From sequence record PQ478073.1: 64,000 nucleotides of DNA. One strand, 5' to 3'. The notes beneath the pieces are model-generated. The model made no database searches and was not told where the DNA came from. It was given only the letters and a program-made list of their open reading frames with translations. Source of the stretch: a phage. How positions within the stretch are numbered: the stretch's first letter is position 1; the number at the start of each line of letters is the position of its first letter. The position numbers and the translations under genes were made by a program. This document shows positions 23,678 to 38,718 of the stretch, piece after piece.

Positions 23678-24622
23678 ATGGATATAAACCAAACAGCAAC
23701 TGAACTTCAAAAGTTCGCAGATGCACATAATTTGAATGTTGATGTTTCTGTTATTCTTGATAATATGGATGCAGGTGATTTTATCACTTTAAATTCTGCG
23801 ATTGATAATTCTGACAATCGTGAAATATTCCAAATTTTACAAAAATACAAAGCACAGATGAGTGAATGTTATAATTATTTTAGTACTAAAAATGTTAACA
23901 AACATATTAATGAAAGTACTGAACTTCATAGTATTGTTGATTCAATGTCACTAAAGCAATTAGCAGAAGAGTATCATAAAAATTATACATATTCAGATAT
24001 AACAAAACTAACCATACAAGAATTAAAAGCAATTGTATTTGAAGATTTACAAAATCAAGCCACACAAATGCAAGCAAAACAAATTGCTAAAATGAATGTT
24101 TCTCAGGGTCAACAACAAGTCAATCCACAAACTCAAGCTAAAATGAAACAAGCTGAGTTGCAAAGAAATGCTAATAATATGAAAGTTAGTGTTCCTGGTA
24201 CACAAAGCGGGACAGATTCGGTTGAACCTGTAGTTGGTGTTGACCCAGGACAAACACCGGAGCAATCATTAGTTATTACTAAAAGTGGGACTAAGCCAAA
24301 TGAGTTGAACGTTTTTCCTTTGAGTGATGTTAATCCTATTGATAATCAAAATAATCCAATTCGTGAAGAAAAATCTCCACAAGAAATTAACAGTGAACTT
24401 ATGGCTAATTCCAGTTTAGAGCCTGATAGTAATCCTGATACACCATCACCATTGTCACATCACGCACCTGGTATGGGCGAAATGATACATGCAATTTCTG
24501 ATATTGAAAAAGAAGATGATATCTATGGTGATGAAAGTGTTATGGCAAACACATCACAATCTGATAATGATGACATGGTAGACCAAATTATCGATTTCTG
24601 TCATCGTATGCGAGGTCGTTAA
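23678..24622 (+). CDS. hypothetical protein with disordered Gln/Pro/Ser-rich C-terminal half (314 aa)
   Basis: GGAG RBS before ATG 23678; track ORF began at GTG 23624. Confidence 0.5.
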   Translation: MDINQTATELQKFADAHNLNVDVSVILDNMDAGDFITLNSAIDNSDNREIFQILQKYKAQMSECYNYFSTKNVNKHINESTELHSIVDSMSLKQLAEEYHKNYTYSDITKLTIQELKAIVFEDLQNQATQMQAKQIAKMNVSQGQQQVNPQTQAKMKQAELQRNANNMKVSVPGTQSGTDSVEPVVGVDPGQTPEQSLVITKSGTKPNELNVFPLSDVNPIDNQNNPIREEKSPQEINSELMANSSLEPDSNPDTPSPLSHHAPGMGEMIHAISDIEKEDDIYGDESVMANTSQSDNDDMVDQIIDFCHRMRGR

Positions 24623-24840
24623 TGAGAACAGTACTAAATGTGCATGGTCACAATACAATGGTTTCTAATGAAGAATATAAACTATTACAAAAGATAAAAG
24701 CACGCGGTACTGTTCCAGTTGAAAAGGTAAATGAATATTATCAGGAATTAGCTGATAAGATGGTATCACGTGGTGTTCTAAATAAAATAGAAAATGATGA
24801 CGGTACTGAATCTTACCAAACAGTTAGGAGTAGTAAATGA
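24622..24840 (+). CDS. hypothetical protein (72 aa)
   Basis: TAATG overlap; GAGGT RBS. Confidence 0.45.
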   Translation: MRTVLNVHGHNTMVSNEEYKLLQKIKARGTVPVEKVNEYYQELADKMVSRGVLNKIENDDGTESYQTVRSSK

Positions 24841-25514
24841 ATTACGAATATGATCAACAATCAGTTAATCAGATGGCTGATTTGTTAAGTGGATTGAATG
24901 ACATTGAAGCTGGTGAAACACATAACGCATCGGGAGTTCCATATAAAACTGGTGGTGATATCGGTGCTATGGCTTCTATTTTAACTTCATTAAATGAAGC
25001 AGGTATGGATTATGGGGTTGACCCAGAGCAACAACATCCACAAGTTGTTCCATACTATGCACCATACAACGAACATATGCTTGGACATCAATCAGTACAA
25101 CCTGTAGTTCAACGAACTCCAGCTAAACCAAAAACTAATTGGAGTTTAGTGGAAGAAAAAGTACAAGGTACTAAATCTACTAAAGTTTATAGCATTAAGT
25201 GTAATCATAGTTCACAAATTATTATGAATAATATTATGATGTATGAAGCAGCACTTACATTAGTTAATCTTCTCAATGAAGGAAGAATGTTGACAGATGC
25301 AAAAGTACTTGGTATAATCAGTTCGGGTCTTCAATACACGAATGTGATTAGTGAAGCATTGAAAGCAGCCCAGAAACGTCAACGCGTACTTAATGAATCG
25401 AAGTATGATGAAGCAAAAGATTTAGATATAATTATTGCAGAAAAGAAAGCTGAAGCGTATAAATTAAAAGAGCGTGTATTAAACTTTCTAAAAGGCGAAG
25501 GTTATATAAAGTAA
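24837..25514 (+). CDS. hypothetical protein (225 aa)
   Basis: AGGAG RBS; ATGA overlap. Confidence 0.5.
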   Translation: MNYEYDQQSVNQMADLLSGLNDIEAGETHNASGVPYKTGGDIGAMASILTSLNEAGMDYGVDPEQQHPQVVPYYAPYNEHMLGHQSVQPVVQRTPAKPKTNWSLVEEKVQGTKSTKVYSIKCNHSSQIIMNNIMMYEAALTLVNLLNEGRMLTDAKVLGIISSGLQYTNVISEALKAAQKRQRVLNESKYDEAKDLDIIIAEKKAEAYKLKERVLNFLKGEGYIK

Positions 25515-25546
25515 ATAAATGAGTGATATTTTATAAGGAAATACAA

Positions 25547-26179
25547 ATGTCAAAATATAAAAAACTAATGGAAGCAGCTTCTCGTGCAGAAGCTATGAAG
25601 TTTATTCAACTAAATGAATCTAATATTGAAAAAGCAGAAATTGTTCTTTCAGTAAAAGGTGAGATTGTGGATAAACTCCAACGTCAATCTGAGGTTATTA
25701 ACAACATGGGTGTTGACGTACTAGGCCCACTACTTGACCGTATTAAAGCCGAGCAAGGTCTAGATGCTGCACAAAATTTTAGTGATAATGTTCGTCATCT
25801 ACTACAACATGCAGTTACTACCTTAATGGATGTAAAAGACAAAATCAGTACTGAAACACTTAAACTAACTGGTGATATCACTGACGGTCCAGATGTTTCT
25901 GATATTGGAAGTGAAGATGTTGATATTGATATTGCAGCAGATACCCCAACTTTTGATATGGATGCAGACGCAGACTTTGAAGAAGACATTATCTCTGAGC
26001 CAGTACCAACTGAACGTGAAATGAAAGAATCTGTTAAACCAAGTAAAGTTGGTGTAAAAATGGAAAGTATTCGCGGAACTGTGGGTACTAAATACTTTAG
26101 TTCAAAAGAAGAAATGAAAACATGGCTTTCTGAGAATGAAAAGAAAGTTAAACGTGTTCTAGGATACGTTAAAAAATAA
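25547..26179 (+). CDS. acidic hypothetical protein (210 aa)
   Basis: AAGGA RBS before ATG 25547; track ORF began at GTG. Confidence 0.5.
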   Translation: MSKYKKLMEAASRAEAMKFIQLNESNIEKAEIVLSVKGEIVDKLQRQSEVINNMGVDVLGPLLDRIKAEQGLDAAQNFSDNVRHLLQHAVTTLMDVKDKISTETLKLTGDITDGPDVSDIGSEDVDIDIAADTPTFDMDADADFEEDIISEPVPTEREMKESVKPSKVGVKMESIRGTVGTKYFSSKEEMKTWLSENEKKVKRVLGYVKK

Positions 26180-26195
26180 TTAAGGACAATTCTAC

Positions 26196-26531
26196 ATGAG
26201 ATTTCGTGATCTTACTGAAGAGGCTCCTGGTAAAGATATACGCAATATGATTACTACTATTGCGTTGTCTTTAGTGTCCACGGGTCGAGAAGAAGTAAAT
26301 GTTCAATCTTTGATTTCTGAAATTAAAAAGAGAACCAACATCGATGTTCCATACAATGTAATGATGGACATTTTGAATTCCCTTCCTTTTGTACAGGATG
26401 CTAATTCTGATGTTGTAACTTTTGCAGGAAATTCAGCAGAAGGTTCAGAAGAAGTCGAGCAAGATTCTGAAGAGCAAGTTGAAGATTGGGCCACAAAAGC
26501 TGCTGTGACAGCAAATAAACAAAAAAACTGA
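26196..26531 (+). CDS. hypothetical protein (111 aa)
   Basis: AAGGA RBS. Confidence 0.5.
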   Translation: MRFRDLTEEAPGKDIRNMITTIALSLVSTGREEVNVQSLISEIKKRTNIDVPYNVMMDILNSLPFVQDANSDVVTFAGNSAEGSEEVEQDSEEQVEDWATKAAVTANKQKN

Positions 26532-26570
26532 GACAAATTAAAATATAATGCTATAATTAGGAGTACACGG

Positions 26571-27290
26571 ATGTACACACCACCAATTGTTAGCAGATAT
26601 ACATATGTTGGTTACAATAGAATTGAAGGCGGCCCAGAAGGTCGCCTTTATTCAACTCCAACAGGTAATCTGCCGTCAGTAACAACAATTCTAAGTGCGA
26701 CCTCGAATGACGAAGGTTTAAAGAAATGGAGAGAATTTGTTGGTGAAGAAAAGGCTAATGAGATTACATTAGAAGCATGTACAGTTGGTACTTTTATGCA
26801 TGAGAACTTGGAATTTAGATTGGAAGGAAAGCCAGACCATGAAGGCGGTATGCCAATTCGAGTTCTTGCACGTAGAATGGCTGACAAAATTCAGCAAGAA
26901 GCATGGCCTAGAATTAATGAAGTATGGGGACAGGAAGTCCCATTGTACTATGAAGGTTTATGGGCCGGAACAACTGATTTAGTAGGTGTTCATGATGGAA
27001 TCCCAACCATTATGGATTATAAAAATTCCCGTAAAGTTAAGAAGTGGGGACAAATTGAAAATTATCGTATGCAAATTGCAGCATATGCATTAGCCCATAA
27101 TCAAATGTTTGGTACTAATATAGAACGTGGTGTGATTTTCATCTGTGTAAGAAAAGATCCTAACAATCTACAATATCAAGAGTTTGTCATAGAAGGACAA
27201 GACTTCAAAGATGCAGTCAATATGTGGATTGAACGTGTAGAACAATACTATATTTTACGTGGAGAAATTGAATCAAATGGAGCAGCATAA
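26571..27290 (+). CDS. PD-(D/E)xK nuclease (RecB/lambda-exonuclease-like fold)
   Basis: GTTDLVGV ... IMDYKNSRK ... YRMQIAAYALA (D...D.K plus QxxxY). Confidence 0.6.
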   Translation: MYTPPIVSRYTYVGYNRIEGGPEGRLYSTPTGNLPSVTTILSATSNDEGLKKWREFVGEEKANEITLEACTVGTFMHENLEFRLEGKPDHEGGMPIRVLARRMADKIQQEAWPRINEVWGQEVPLYYEGLWAGTTDLVGVHDGIPTIMDYKNSRKVKKWGQIENYRMQIAAYALAHNQMFGTNIERGVIFICVRKDPNNLQYQEFVIEGQDFKDAVNMWIERVEQYYILRGEIESNGAA

Positions 27291-27831
27291 AAAAATGAAA
27301 CAAGATCTATATACAATTCGTGCACTAGTAAGTAAAGGTTATGATTTAGAAGAAGTAATTAAACTTAGTGAAGAAGATATTGATAAACTTGATTTATCAA
27401 ATAAGCTAATTCTAAATATCAAAGATTATAAACAACGTGGTGCTAAACCTGTTGAAGAAATTAAAGAACAAATTGCACAAGATATTAGTGTTGATGAAGT
27501 ATCACGCAATGTACCACCAGAAGTTATCCAAGAGTATGTTGTTGATAGTGAAGAACAAGTTAAAGTTTCTGAAGAAGTTGAAATTATTGCAGAAGAACTT
27601 GCTCCTGAATTGGAAGAAGATGAAGTTGTTATTGAGCGTGTTGTTTCATCTAAAGAAGATTTGGACATTATCAAAGAAGCATTACAGACCAAAGAATTTA
27701 AAAGTGTTTCCAACTATGTTAAACATTTAAAATCTTTAGTACCAGAACAAATTTTATCTTCTGTAGATAGCTCAGTTGTATCTCAACTAATTAATGAGCG
27801 TATTGCGGAAGTTAAAGAAAAAGCTAAATAA
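27277..27831 (+). CDS. acidic hypothetical protein (about 184 aa; start uncertain)
   Basis: Track ORF begins at GTG 27259; in-frame ATGs at 27277 and 27295. Confidence 0.45.
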   Translation: MEQHKKMKQDLYTIRALVSKGYDLEEVIKLSEEDIDKLDLSNKLILNIKDYKQRGAKPVEEIKEQIAQDISVDEVSRNVPPEVIQEYVVDSEEQVKVSEEVEIIAEELAPELEEDEVVIERVVSSKEDLDIIKEALQTKEFKSVSNYVKHLKSLVPEQILSSVDSSVVSQLINERIAEVKEKAK

Positions 27832-27859
27832 TCCTATAATACTATAGGAGATAGTTTTT

Positions 27860-28441
27860 ATGGCACAACAACAAATTGCTTTACAACAAGTAAGAACTGG
27901 TAAACAGAGAGATTTACCTGATGCATTAGAAAAAGGTCAGATAGGATTCAGTACTGATGTGGGTCGTGTTTTTATTGGCCTTCCATCATCATCTGACCCC
28001 GCCAGCTTAGTTGCAGGTAGAACTTGGACTACTGATCCAAATTCAGGTAAAGAAAACGTAGAAATAATTACAGAATTTTCACCGTGGAGAACGGTATCAA
28101 AAATAATTAACAGACCGTTTAAAGTTGATCTTCCACAAAATCAAGAAAGTATAGAAGTTATTCTTGAAAGTGAAAGTAGAGTATTCATCGATTATATTGC
28201 ATATGATGATACCGAAACGGTTTTGGAATCAGGAACTATTCAAATTGTAGCTGCTGGTACAAACACGATGATTGCACAGTCAAATAATACAAATAGAACT
28301 GACGCAATTATTTCTATCTCATTTGAAGATCCTGCATATGATTCAACAACTGGAAATATGCAATTTAACATAGTTAACTCGGATTATTTAAATTCAGGAT
28401 ATCATATAGAATTTGTATATCGTGGGTGGGACAAACCTTAA
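27860..28441 (+). CDS. hypothetical protein (193 aa)
   Basis: AGGAG RBS; followed by terminator. Confidence 0.55.
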   Translation: MAQQQIALQQVRTGKQRDLPDALEKGQIGFSTDVGRVFIGLPSSSDPASLVAGRTWTTDPNSGKENVEIITEFSPWRTVSKIINRPFKVDLPQNQESIEVILESESRVFIDYIAYDDTETVLESGTIQIVAAGTNTMIAQSNNTNRTDAIISISFEDPAYDSTTGNMQFNIVNSDYLNSGYHIEFVYRGWDKP

Positions 28442-28462
28442 AAGGCGTCCCGCCTTTTTCTT
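28441..28462 (+). terminator. rho-independent terminator
   Basis: AAAGGCG-tcc-CGCCTTT then TTTCTT. Confidence 0.65.
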
Positions 28463-28504
28463 CCACTAAAAAAAGAAATTTACATCAAAAAACAAGGATG
28501 ACAC

Positions 28505-30823
28505 ATGATTAACGTAACCAAGCGTAATGGAATGAAAGAGCCGTTATCATTGGATAAGATCCATCAAATTTTATTTTTCGCTGCTGAAGGTTTAAGTGGT
28601 ATTTCAGTTTCTGAAATTGAAATCCGAGCACAGCTTCAGTTTTATGAAGGTATTGAAACCAGTACTATTCATGATATTCTAATAAAAGCAGCAGCAGAAC
28701 TTATTTCTGAAGATACGCCTAACTATCAATACGTTGCTGGAAGATTATTAAACTATAGTATTCGTAAGCAAGTATATGGACAGTATGACCCAATTAAGTA
28801 TACTGCTCATCTTCAAGAAATGGTAGATACTAAAATATATGATCCTGAAATTTTGGAGAAATATACTCTTCAAGAAATAGAAGAGCTTGGGCGTTATATC
28901 AAACATAAGCGTGACGACAAATTTACTTATGTTGCTATGCGTCAGTGGGAAGGAAAGTATCTTTATAAAAACCGAGTCACTAAGAAAATTTATGAAACCC
29001 CACAAATGGCATATATGACTATTGCAGCAATCATCTTTATGGAGTATGATCGTTCTGTACGTATGTCATATGTTAAAAAGTTTTATGACGCAGTAAGTAA
29101 TTTTGACATCAGTCTTCCAACACCTATTATGGCAGGTCTACGTACTAATACACGTCAGTTTAGTTCTTGTGTAGTACTGAACGTTGGTGATAGTTTAGAT
29201 AGCATTGGTTCATCAAATCACGCTATTCTACGTTATATCTCACGCAAAGCTGGACTAGGTATTAATATGGGCCGCATTCGTGCTCTAGACTCTGAGATTC
29301 GTTCAGGTGATGCAGTACATACTGGGTTGATTCCTTTTATCGCAGCAACTGCTAAGACCGTTAAAAGCTGCTCACAGGGTGGTGTGCGTGGTGGTGCAGC
29401 AACTGTTCACTTTCCATTGTGGCATTTGGAATTTGATAACCTAGTTGTACTTAAAAATAACAAAGGTACAGAGTTTAACCGTGTACGTCAACTAGACTAT
29501 TGTTTCCAAGTAAACAAAACTTTATATCAACGTTTGGTTGATGGAAAGAATATTACATTCTTTAGTCCTAATGAAGTCCCTGGGCTATATGAAGCATTTT
29601 GTTCTGACCAAAAAGAATTTGAAAAACTATATAAAAAATACGAAGCTGACCAAAGCATCCGTAAAAAATCCGTTCCTGCTGTGGAAGTATTCAGTACTCT
29701 AATGACTGAACGTGCAGAAACTGGTCGTATCTATATTCAAAATATTGACCATGCAAACACTCACTCAACATTTATTGAATCAATTGCTCCAATCGAACAA
29801 TCCAACTTGTGTCAAGAAATCGCACTACCATCTGTGCCATTTGATGATATTAATACTGGTGAAGGTTTGATTAGCCTATGTACTTTGAGTGCAATTAACT
29901 GGGGTAACTTTGATAAACCAGAAGATATGGAAACTGCGTGTGATCTTTCTGTTCGTGCTCTTGATTCACTATTGGACTATCAAGACTACCCAGTAGTTCA
30001 TGCTGACCGAGCAACAAAAATGTATCGTCCACTAGGTGTTGGTATTATTAACTTTGCATACTTCCTTGCTAAACGTGGTTTACGTTATAATGAAGCAGCA
30101 CTAGAAACAGTTAACGAGTGGGCTGAAGCATGGTCTTACTATCTAATTAAATCTTCTGTACAGCTTGCTAAAGAGAAAGGTAAGTGTGAAGGATTTGATA
30201 ATCTAAAATATGCCAAAGGTATCCTTCCAATCGATACTTATAAATCGGACATTGATGAATTAGTAACTAAAGAACTAAAACAAGATTGGGAATCCTTACG
30301 TGCCGATATCAAAGAATATGGTATTCGTAACGCAACAACAATGGCATTAATGCCAGCAGAAACAAGTGCACAAATCAGTAACAGTACTAACGGTATTGAA
30401 AAGCCACGTTCTCTTGTAACGAAGAAACTATCTAAGGATGGTATTCTTAAACAAGTAGTTCCAGAAATCAATAAGTTGAAAAACAAATATGATTTACTAT
30501 GGGATCAGAAAGATAACATTGGTTATCTACAAATCTGTGGTGTTCTACAAAAATACATTGACCAAAGTATCAGTGTTAATACTAGTTATAACCCAATACA
30601 CTTCCCTGATGGTAAGTTGCCAATGTCAACTCTTCTAACTGAACTTATGTATGCATATAAAGTTGGTTTGAAAAATCTTTATTATCATAATACAAATGAT
30701 GGTTCAGATGAAGTAGACGTTGAAAAAGTACTGAAAGAAGCTGCCAAACCAGAATCTGGACAATTTGTATTACCATCACTTCCTGATTTGGATGAAGGTG
30801 ATTGTGATAGTTGTAAAATCTAA
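28505..30823 (+). CDS. nrdA: ribonucleotide reductase class Ia large subunit NrdA
   Basis: ATP-cone N-terminus (VTKRNG...LDKI); catalytic-site Cys/NxCxE-type blocks; C-terminal CxxC tail. Confidence 0.95.
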   Translation: MINVTKRNGMKEPLSLDKIHQILFFAAEGLSGISVSEIEIRAQLQFYEGIETSTIHDILIKAAAELISEDTPNYQYVAGRLLNYSIRKQVYGQYDPIKYTAHLQEMVDTKIYDPEILEKYTLQEIEELGRYIKHKRDDKFTYVAMRQWEGKYLYKNRVTKKIYETPQMAYMTIAAIIFMEYDRSVRMSYVKKFYDAVSNFDISLPTPIMAGLRTNTRQFSSCVVLNVGDSLDSIGSSNHAILRYISRKAGLGINMGRIRALDSEIRSGDAVHTGLIPFIAATAKTVKSCSQGGVRGGAATVHFPLWHLEFDNLVVLKNNKGTEFNRVRQLDYCFQVNKTLYQRLVDGKNITFFSPNEVPGLYEAFCSDQKEFEKLYKKYEADQSIRKKSVPAVEVFSTLMTERAETGRIYIQNIDHANTHSTFIESIAPIEQSNLCQEIALPSVPFDDINTGEGLISLCTLSAINWGNFDKPEDMETACDLSVRALDSLLDYQDYPVVHADRATKMYRPLGVGIINFAYFLAKRGLRYNEAALETVNEWAEAWSYYLIKSSVQLAKEKGKCEGFDNLKYAKGILPIDTYKSDIDELVTKELKQDWESLRADIKEYGIRNATTMALMPAETSAQISNSTNGIEKPRSLVTKKLSKDGILKQVVPEINKLKNKYDLLWDQKDNIGYLQICGVLQKYIDQSISVNTSYNPIHFPDGKLPMSTLLTELMYAYKVGLKNLYYHNTNDGSDEVDVEKVLKEAAKPESGQFVLPSLPDLDEGDCDSCKI

Positions 30824-30828
30824 TTTAA

Positions 30829-30856
30829 GATCCCGCTTCGGCGGGATTATTATTTC
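30829..30856 (+). terminator. hairpin ATCCCGC-ttcg-GCGGGAT (weak T-tract)
   Basis: 7 bp stem with tetraloop after nrdA. Confidence 0.55.
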
Positions 30857-30877
30857 AAAATATATAAAGGAATATAT

Positions 30878-32002
30878 ATGTCAGTTTTCAAAATTAACGA
30901 GAAGTCTCACCTAGAAAAAAATATGTTTTTTGATGAAAGTGTTGATATCCAACGCTTTGAAAGTAACAAATACTCTACACTTGAAAAACTAACAGAGCAA
31001 CAGAAAAGTTTCTTCTGGACTCCTGGTGAAGTTGACGTATCTAAAGATAAAATTGATTTTGCCAACCTTAATGATTCCGAGAAGCACATTTTTACCTCTA
31101 ACTTGAAACGTCAAATTCTTCTTGATTCCGTACAAGGTCGTGGTCCAAACCTAATGTTACTTCCATATGCATCTCTACCTGAACTAGAGAACTTTATAGA
31201 GACATGGGCATTCTTTGAAGGTGCGATTCATAGTAAATCATACACTCATATTATTCGTAACATTTATCCTAATCCTTCTGAAGTATTTGATACTATGTTG
31301 GACATTCCAGAAATCACTGATTGTGCTGCTGATGTTTCCAAATACTATGATGATCTTGATGTACTAGGTACTCTATACCGTGCATTAGGTGTTGGTACAC
31401 ATACAATCAATGGTGAAACAGTCGAAATTAGTTTATACGAACTAAAGAAAAAACTTTGGTTGTGCCTGAATAGTATTAACATTCTTGAAGGTGTTCGTTT
31501 TTATGCAAGCTTTGCGTGTTCTTGGGCGTTTGCTGAAAACAATCTAATGGAAGGTAATGCTAAGATTATCCGTCTAATCTGTCGTGATGAAAACCTACAC
31601 CTAGCAGCAACCCAAATGATTCTACGTCTTCTCAAAAAAGAAGATCCAGATATGGTAAAAATAGCAGAAGAGTGTTATGATGAAGTACTGGAAATGTTTA
31701 TGTCTGCTATCCGTCAAGAAGAAGCTTGGGCAGACTTCCTCTTTAAAGATGGTTCAATCATTGGACTGAATGCAGAAATTCTAAAACAATATGTTCGTTG
31801 GATTGGTTCTAAGCGTATGACTGCACTAGGAATTAAATGTCCATATACCGTATCTAAGAGTAACCCTCTACCTTGGACTGAGCATTGGGTTAGTGGTGGT
31901 TCAGTACAAGTTGCACCACAAGAAACTGAAATAAGTTCTTACATCATTGGTGGTATTGTGAATGATATCCAAGTAGATACATTCTCACCATTCAAACTAT
32001 AA
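30878..32002 (+). CDS. nrdB: ribonucleotide reductase small subunit NrdB
   Basis: Di-iron ligand helices (EGVRFYASFA...; ENLH); follows nrdA. Confidence 0.9.
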   Translation: MSVFKINEKSHLEKNMFFDESVDIQRFESNKYSTLEKLTEQQKSFFWTPGEVDVSKDKIDFANLNDSEKHIFTSNLKRQILLDSVQGRGPNLMLLPYASLPELENFIETWAFFEGAIHSKSYTHIIRNIYPNPSEVFDTMLDIPEITDCAADVSKYYDDLDVLGTLYRALGVGTHTINGETVEISLYELKKKLWLCLNSINILEGVRFYASFACSWAFAENNLMEGNAKIIRLICRDENLHLAATQMILRLLKKEDPDMVKIAEECYDEVLEMFMSAIRQEEAWADFLFKDGSIIGLNAEILKQYVRWIGSKRMTALGIKCPYTVSKSNPLPWTEHWVSGGSVQVAPQETEISSYIIGGIVNDIQVDTFSPFKL

Positions 32003-32014
32003 ATTCTAACTAAC

Positions 32015-32040
32015 AGGGATTCTATGAATCCCTTTTCTTA
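32015..32040 (+). terminator. rho-independent terminator
   Basis: AGGGATTC-tatg-GAATCCCT then TTTCTT. Confidence 0.75.
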
Positions 32041-32052
32041 TGGGTATAATGT

Positions 32053-35091
<3,039 letters not shown>

Positions 35092-35176
35092 TGTTAATCT
35101 CCAATCTTATTGTTATTTTTATAAAGTATTTACCCAATTTTACGTTTTACATAGTTTATATGGAGAAAGAAGTAAT

Positions 35177-36479
<1,303 letters not shown>

Positions 36480-36506
36480 CTTGAAATGTAAAAATCAGTC
36501 GAGGGA

Positions 36507-37850
36507 ATGATGAGTAAAATTAAGCTTACGGATAAGCAACAAGAAATCTTTGATGATTTTATAGATCGTGTTTACAACTATGCAGGTAAGACCATTTCGG
36601 TTTTGTCTGCCCCAGCAGGAACTGGAAAAACATTCACTACTGCTGAGATTGTAAAAGCACTATGTAAAAACTATAATATTGCAGTAACTTCACCTACACA
36701 TAAAGCCAATGCTGTTATTCGTAATATGCTAATCAATAATGCTGGTCTTACTAAGGAAGATGCACAAGTTAGTACAATACACTCTTTTTTAGGATTAAAA
36801 TTAGTATATGAAAAGAATCGTCAAGTACTGAAGCATGATCCACAAAGTAAAGTTAGTAATACTAACGTTGACATTCTTATTGTTGATGAGTGTAGTATGA
36901 TTTCAGATGAACTATTCCAGCACATACAAGACCAATTGTGGCGTGTCCGTCGAGCAGTTTTATTCATTGGTGATCGTTGTCAATTGCCTCCAGTTGAGTC
37001 AGAAGGAACAATGGGCGAGACTAAATTGTCTCCTACGTTTGATGTACCTGTTCAATATGAGTTAACTGAGGTTTTACGACAAGCATTAGATAATCCGATT
37101 CTGGCAGTTGCAACTGCTATTCGTGAGTGTATTGGAACTAGTAAAAATCCATTTGATATTATGCACCAAACATATGGTTTAAGCACTATTACACCTATTG
37201 ATGATGAAGATTTGTTTTTGAATGTTTATCGTGAATTCATTATGGAAAACAAGGGGTCATCTAAAAAAATATTTGATTTCGTAAATGAAAATAAAATCTT
37301 AGCATATACTAACTATAGAGTTAATTTGGCTAATATCTACATTAGAAGTCAACTATTTGAAGTACCAGATGAATTTACTAAAGGTGAGCCAATTGTTTTT
37401 GAAAGCATAACTGAGAATAGTCCATATGTAGTACAACAAATTATACAATGTCCTGAAGTAAAACGTGAAAGTTTCATGGGAATAGATTGTTGGCAATTCC
37501 GTTTACCTAATGGTAGTTATATTTTAGGTGTAGGACCAGAAACAAGAATTGCAATGGACGAAAAACTTGATAAACTTGTTAAGGATATTGAGAAAAAAGA
37601 AATAAATCCATTGACAAAGAAACCATATATGTGGCAGGATTACTATGTAATTAAGAACAAATTACATATCATCAATTATCCTTATGCAACCACTGTTCAT
37701 AAATCACAAGGAAGTACTTTTGATAACATTTGGTTTGATACTGATTTTATTGAACGTATTGGTACAAATGATACTAAGTGTAGAATTTTATACACTGCCA
37801 TGACACGCCCACGCTATAGTGTTATGTTGAGGCAAAATGCACGATTCTAA
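36507..37850 (+). CDS. dda: SF1 DNA helicase, Dda/RecD-like
   Basis: Walker A APAGTGKT, Walker B LIVDECSM, conserved C-terminal HKSQGST. Confidence 0.8.
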   Translation: MMSKIKLTDKQQEIFDDFIDRVYNYAGKTISVLSAPAGTGKTFTTAEIVKALCKNYNIAVTSPTHKANAVIRNMLINNAGLTKEDAQVSTIHSFLGLKLVYEKNRQVLKHDPQSKVSNTNVDILIVDECSMISDELFQHIQDQLWRVRRAVLFIGDRCQLPPVESEGTMGETKLSPTFDVPVQYELTEVLRQALDNPILAVATAIRECIGTSKNPFDIMHQTYGLSTITPIDDEDLFLNVYREFIMENKGSSKKIFDFVNENKILAYTNYRVNLANIYIRSQLFEVPDEFTKGEPIVFESITENSPYVVQQIIQCPEVKRESFMGIDCWQFRLPNGSYILGVGPETRIAMDEKLDKLVKDIEKKEINPLTKKPYMWQDYYVIKNKLHIINYPYATTVHKSQGSTFDNIWFDTDFIERIGTNDTKCRILYTAMTRPRYSVMLRQNARF

Positions 37851-37933
37851 AAGACTAAATGTTATACGTAAATATTTTTGATTTTTAATAATAAATAATC
37901 AAAAGTGTTTTGTATTATGGAGAAGAATATACA

Positions 37934-38500
37934 ATGAACAATTTACTACAAGTATTTAAAATTGAAGTTGCAGGGACGAACCTAGATAATATCCCATATT
38001 ATATGTATGGTGATTATGATTCATCTTCCCCAACAACCGCACCGACTGACCAGCAAACTATTGATAAGTCAATTGCACTTTTACGTTACCTACAACTTTC
38101 TCGTTTGCTTTCAACTTATTCAGTACCAGTTTATAGCAATGTTGAATTTGCTACACCAGGAACTGCAAAAACGATTCCAACTGGTGCAACAATCACCGTT
38201 GGATATATTAGTTATCAACCTTTTCTTAGTACTTTGAGTGTTGCAGAACAAGCAGCACTAACTACTGAAGATATGAAAACAGCAAAAGCTGCTGAGATTA
38301 TCCAAACACTAATCAATGATTCATTGAAAGGTAATGGCACTAATGCACTAGAAAATGAAGAAATTACTGTACAAAAAACCATACAACGTATCAAGAATGC
38401 TCTTACTACGAGTACTGTTGATTTTATTGAGTATGAGAACGTGTATCTTAATGTTCCTTCTGTTTCTGATGCATCTGTAGTATCTTACGTTAAATTATAA
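37934..38500 (+). CDS. hypothetical protein (188 aa)
   Basis: GGAGAAG RBS before ATG 37934; track ORF began at TTG. Confidence 0.5.
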   Translation: MNNLLQVFKIEVAGTNLDNIPYYMYGDYDSSSPTTAPTDQQTIDKSIALLRYLQLSRLLSTYSVPVYSNVEFATPGTAKTIPTGATITVGYISYQPFLSTLSVAEQAALTTEDMKTAKAAEIIQTLINDSLKGNGTNALENEEITVQKTIQRIKNALTTSTVDFIEYENVYLNVPSVSDASVVSYVKL

Positions 38501-38523
38501 TTTTATAACATGGAGTTCTTGAC

Positions 38524-38718
38524 ATGACTGACAAAACATTTTATGATCGTATTATTGAAGACAAGGGAGTTTTTGATAAGGTAGTTTATGACCTAGAACT
38601 TATGATCAAAGACGCACCGAACCCCCGTGTGCGAACCCAAGCAGAATTTGCAAAAACTTATCTTGTTCAAGTTCAAGCAATCTGTGAAGCAATTAAAAAA
38701 CACAATGATAGTGCTTGA
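38524..38718 (+). CDS. hypothetical protein (64 aa)
   Basis: GGAG RBS. Confidence 0.45.
   Translation: MTDKTFYDRIIEDKGVFDKVVYDLELMIKDAPNPRVRTQAEFAKTYLVQVQAICEAIKKHNDSA

Noticed and set aside
25795-25989. Minus-strand Ser-rich ORF
   Set aside because: Mirror of an acidic coding region on the + strand
26549-26557. TGcTATAAT box as promoter for the PD-(D/E)xK nuclease gene
   Set aside because: The box ends only 14 nt before the ATG and overlaps the RBS region, so the transcript would be near-leaderless; kept only as a motif instance, not a promoter call
27426-27730. Overlapping +/- ORFs within the acidic protein gene 27277-27831
   Set aside because: Alternative frames of low-complexity Glu/Lys-rich coding DNA
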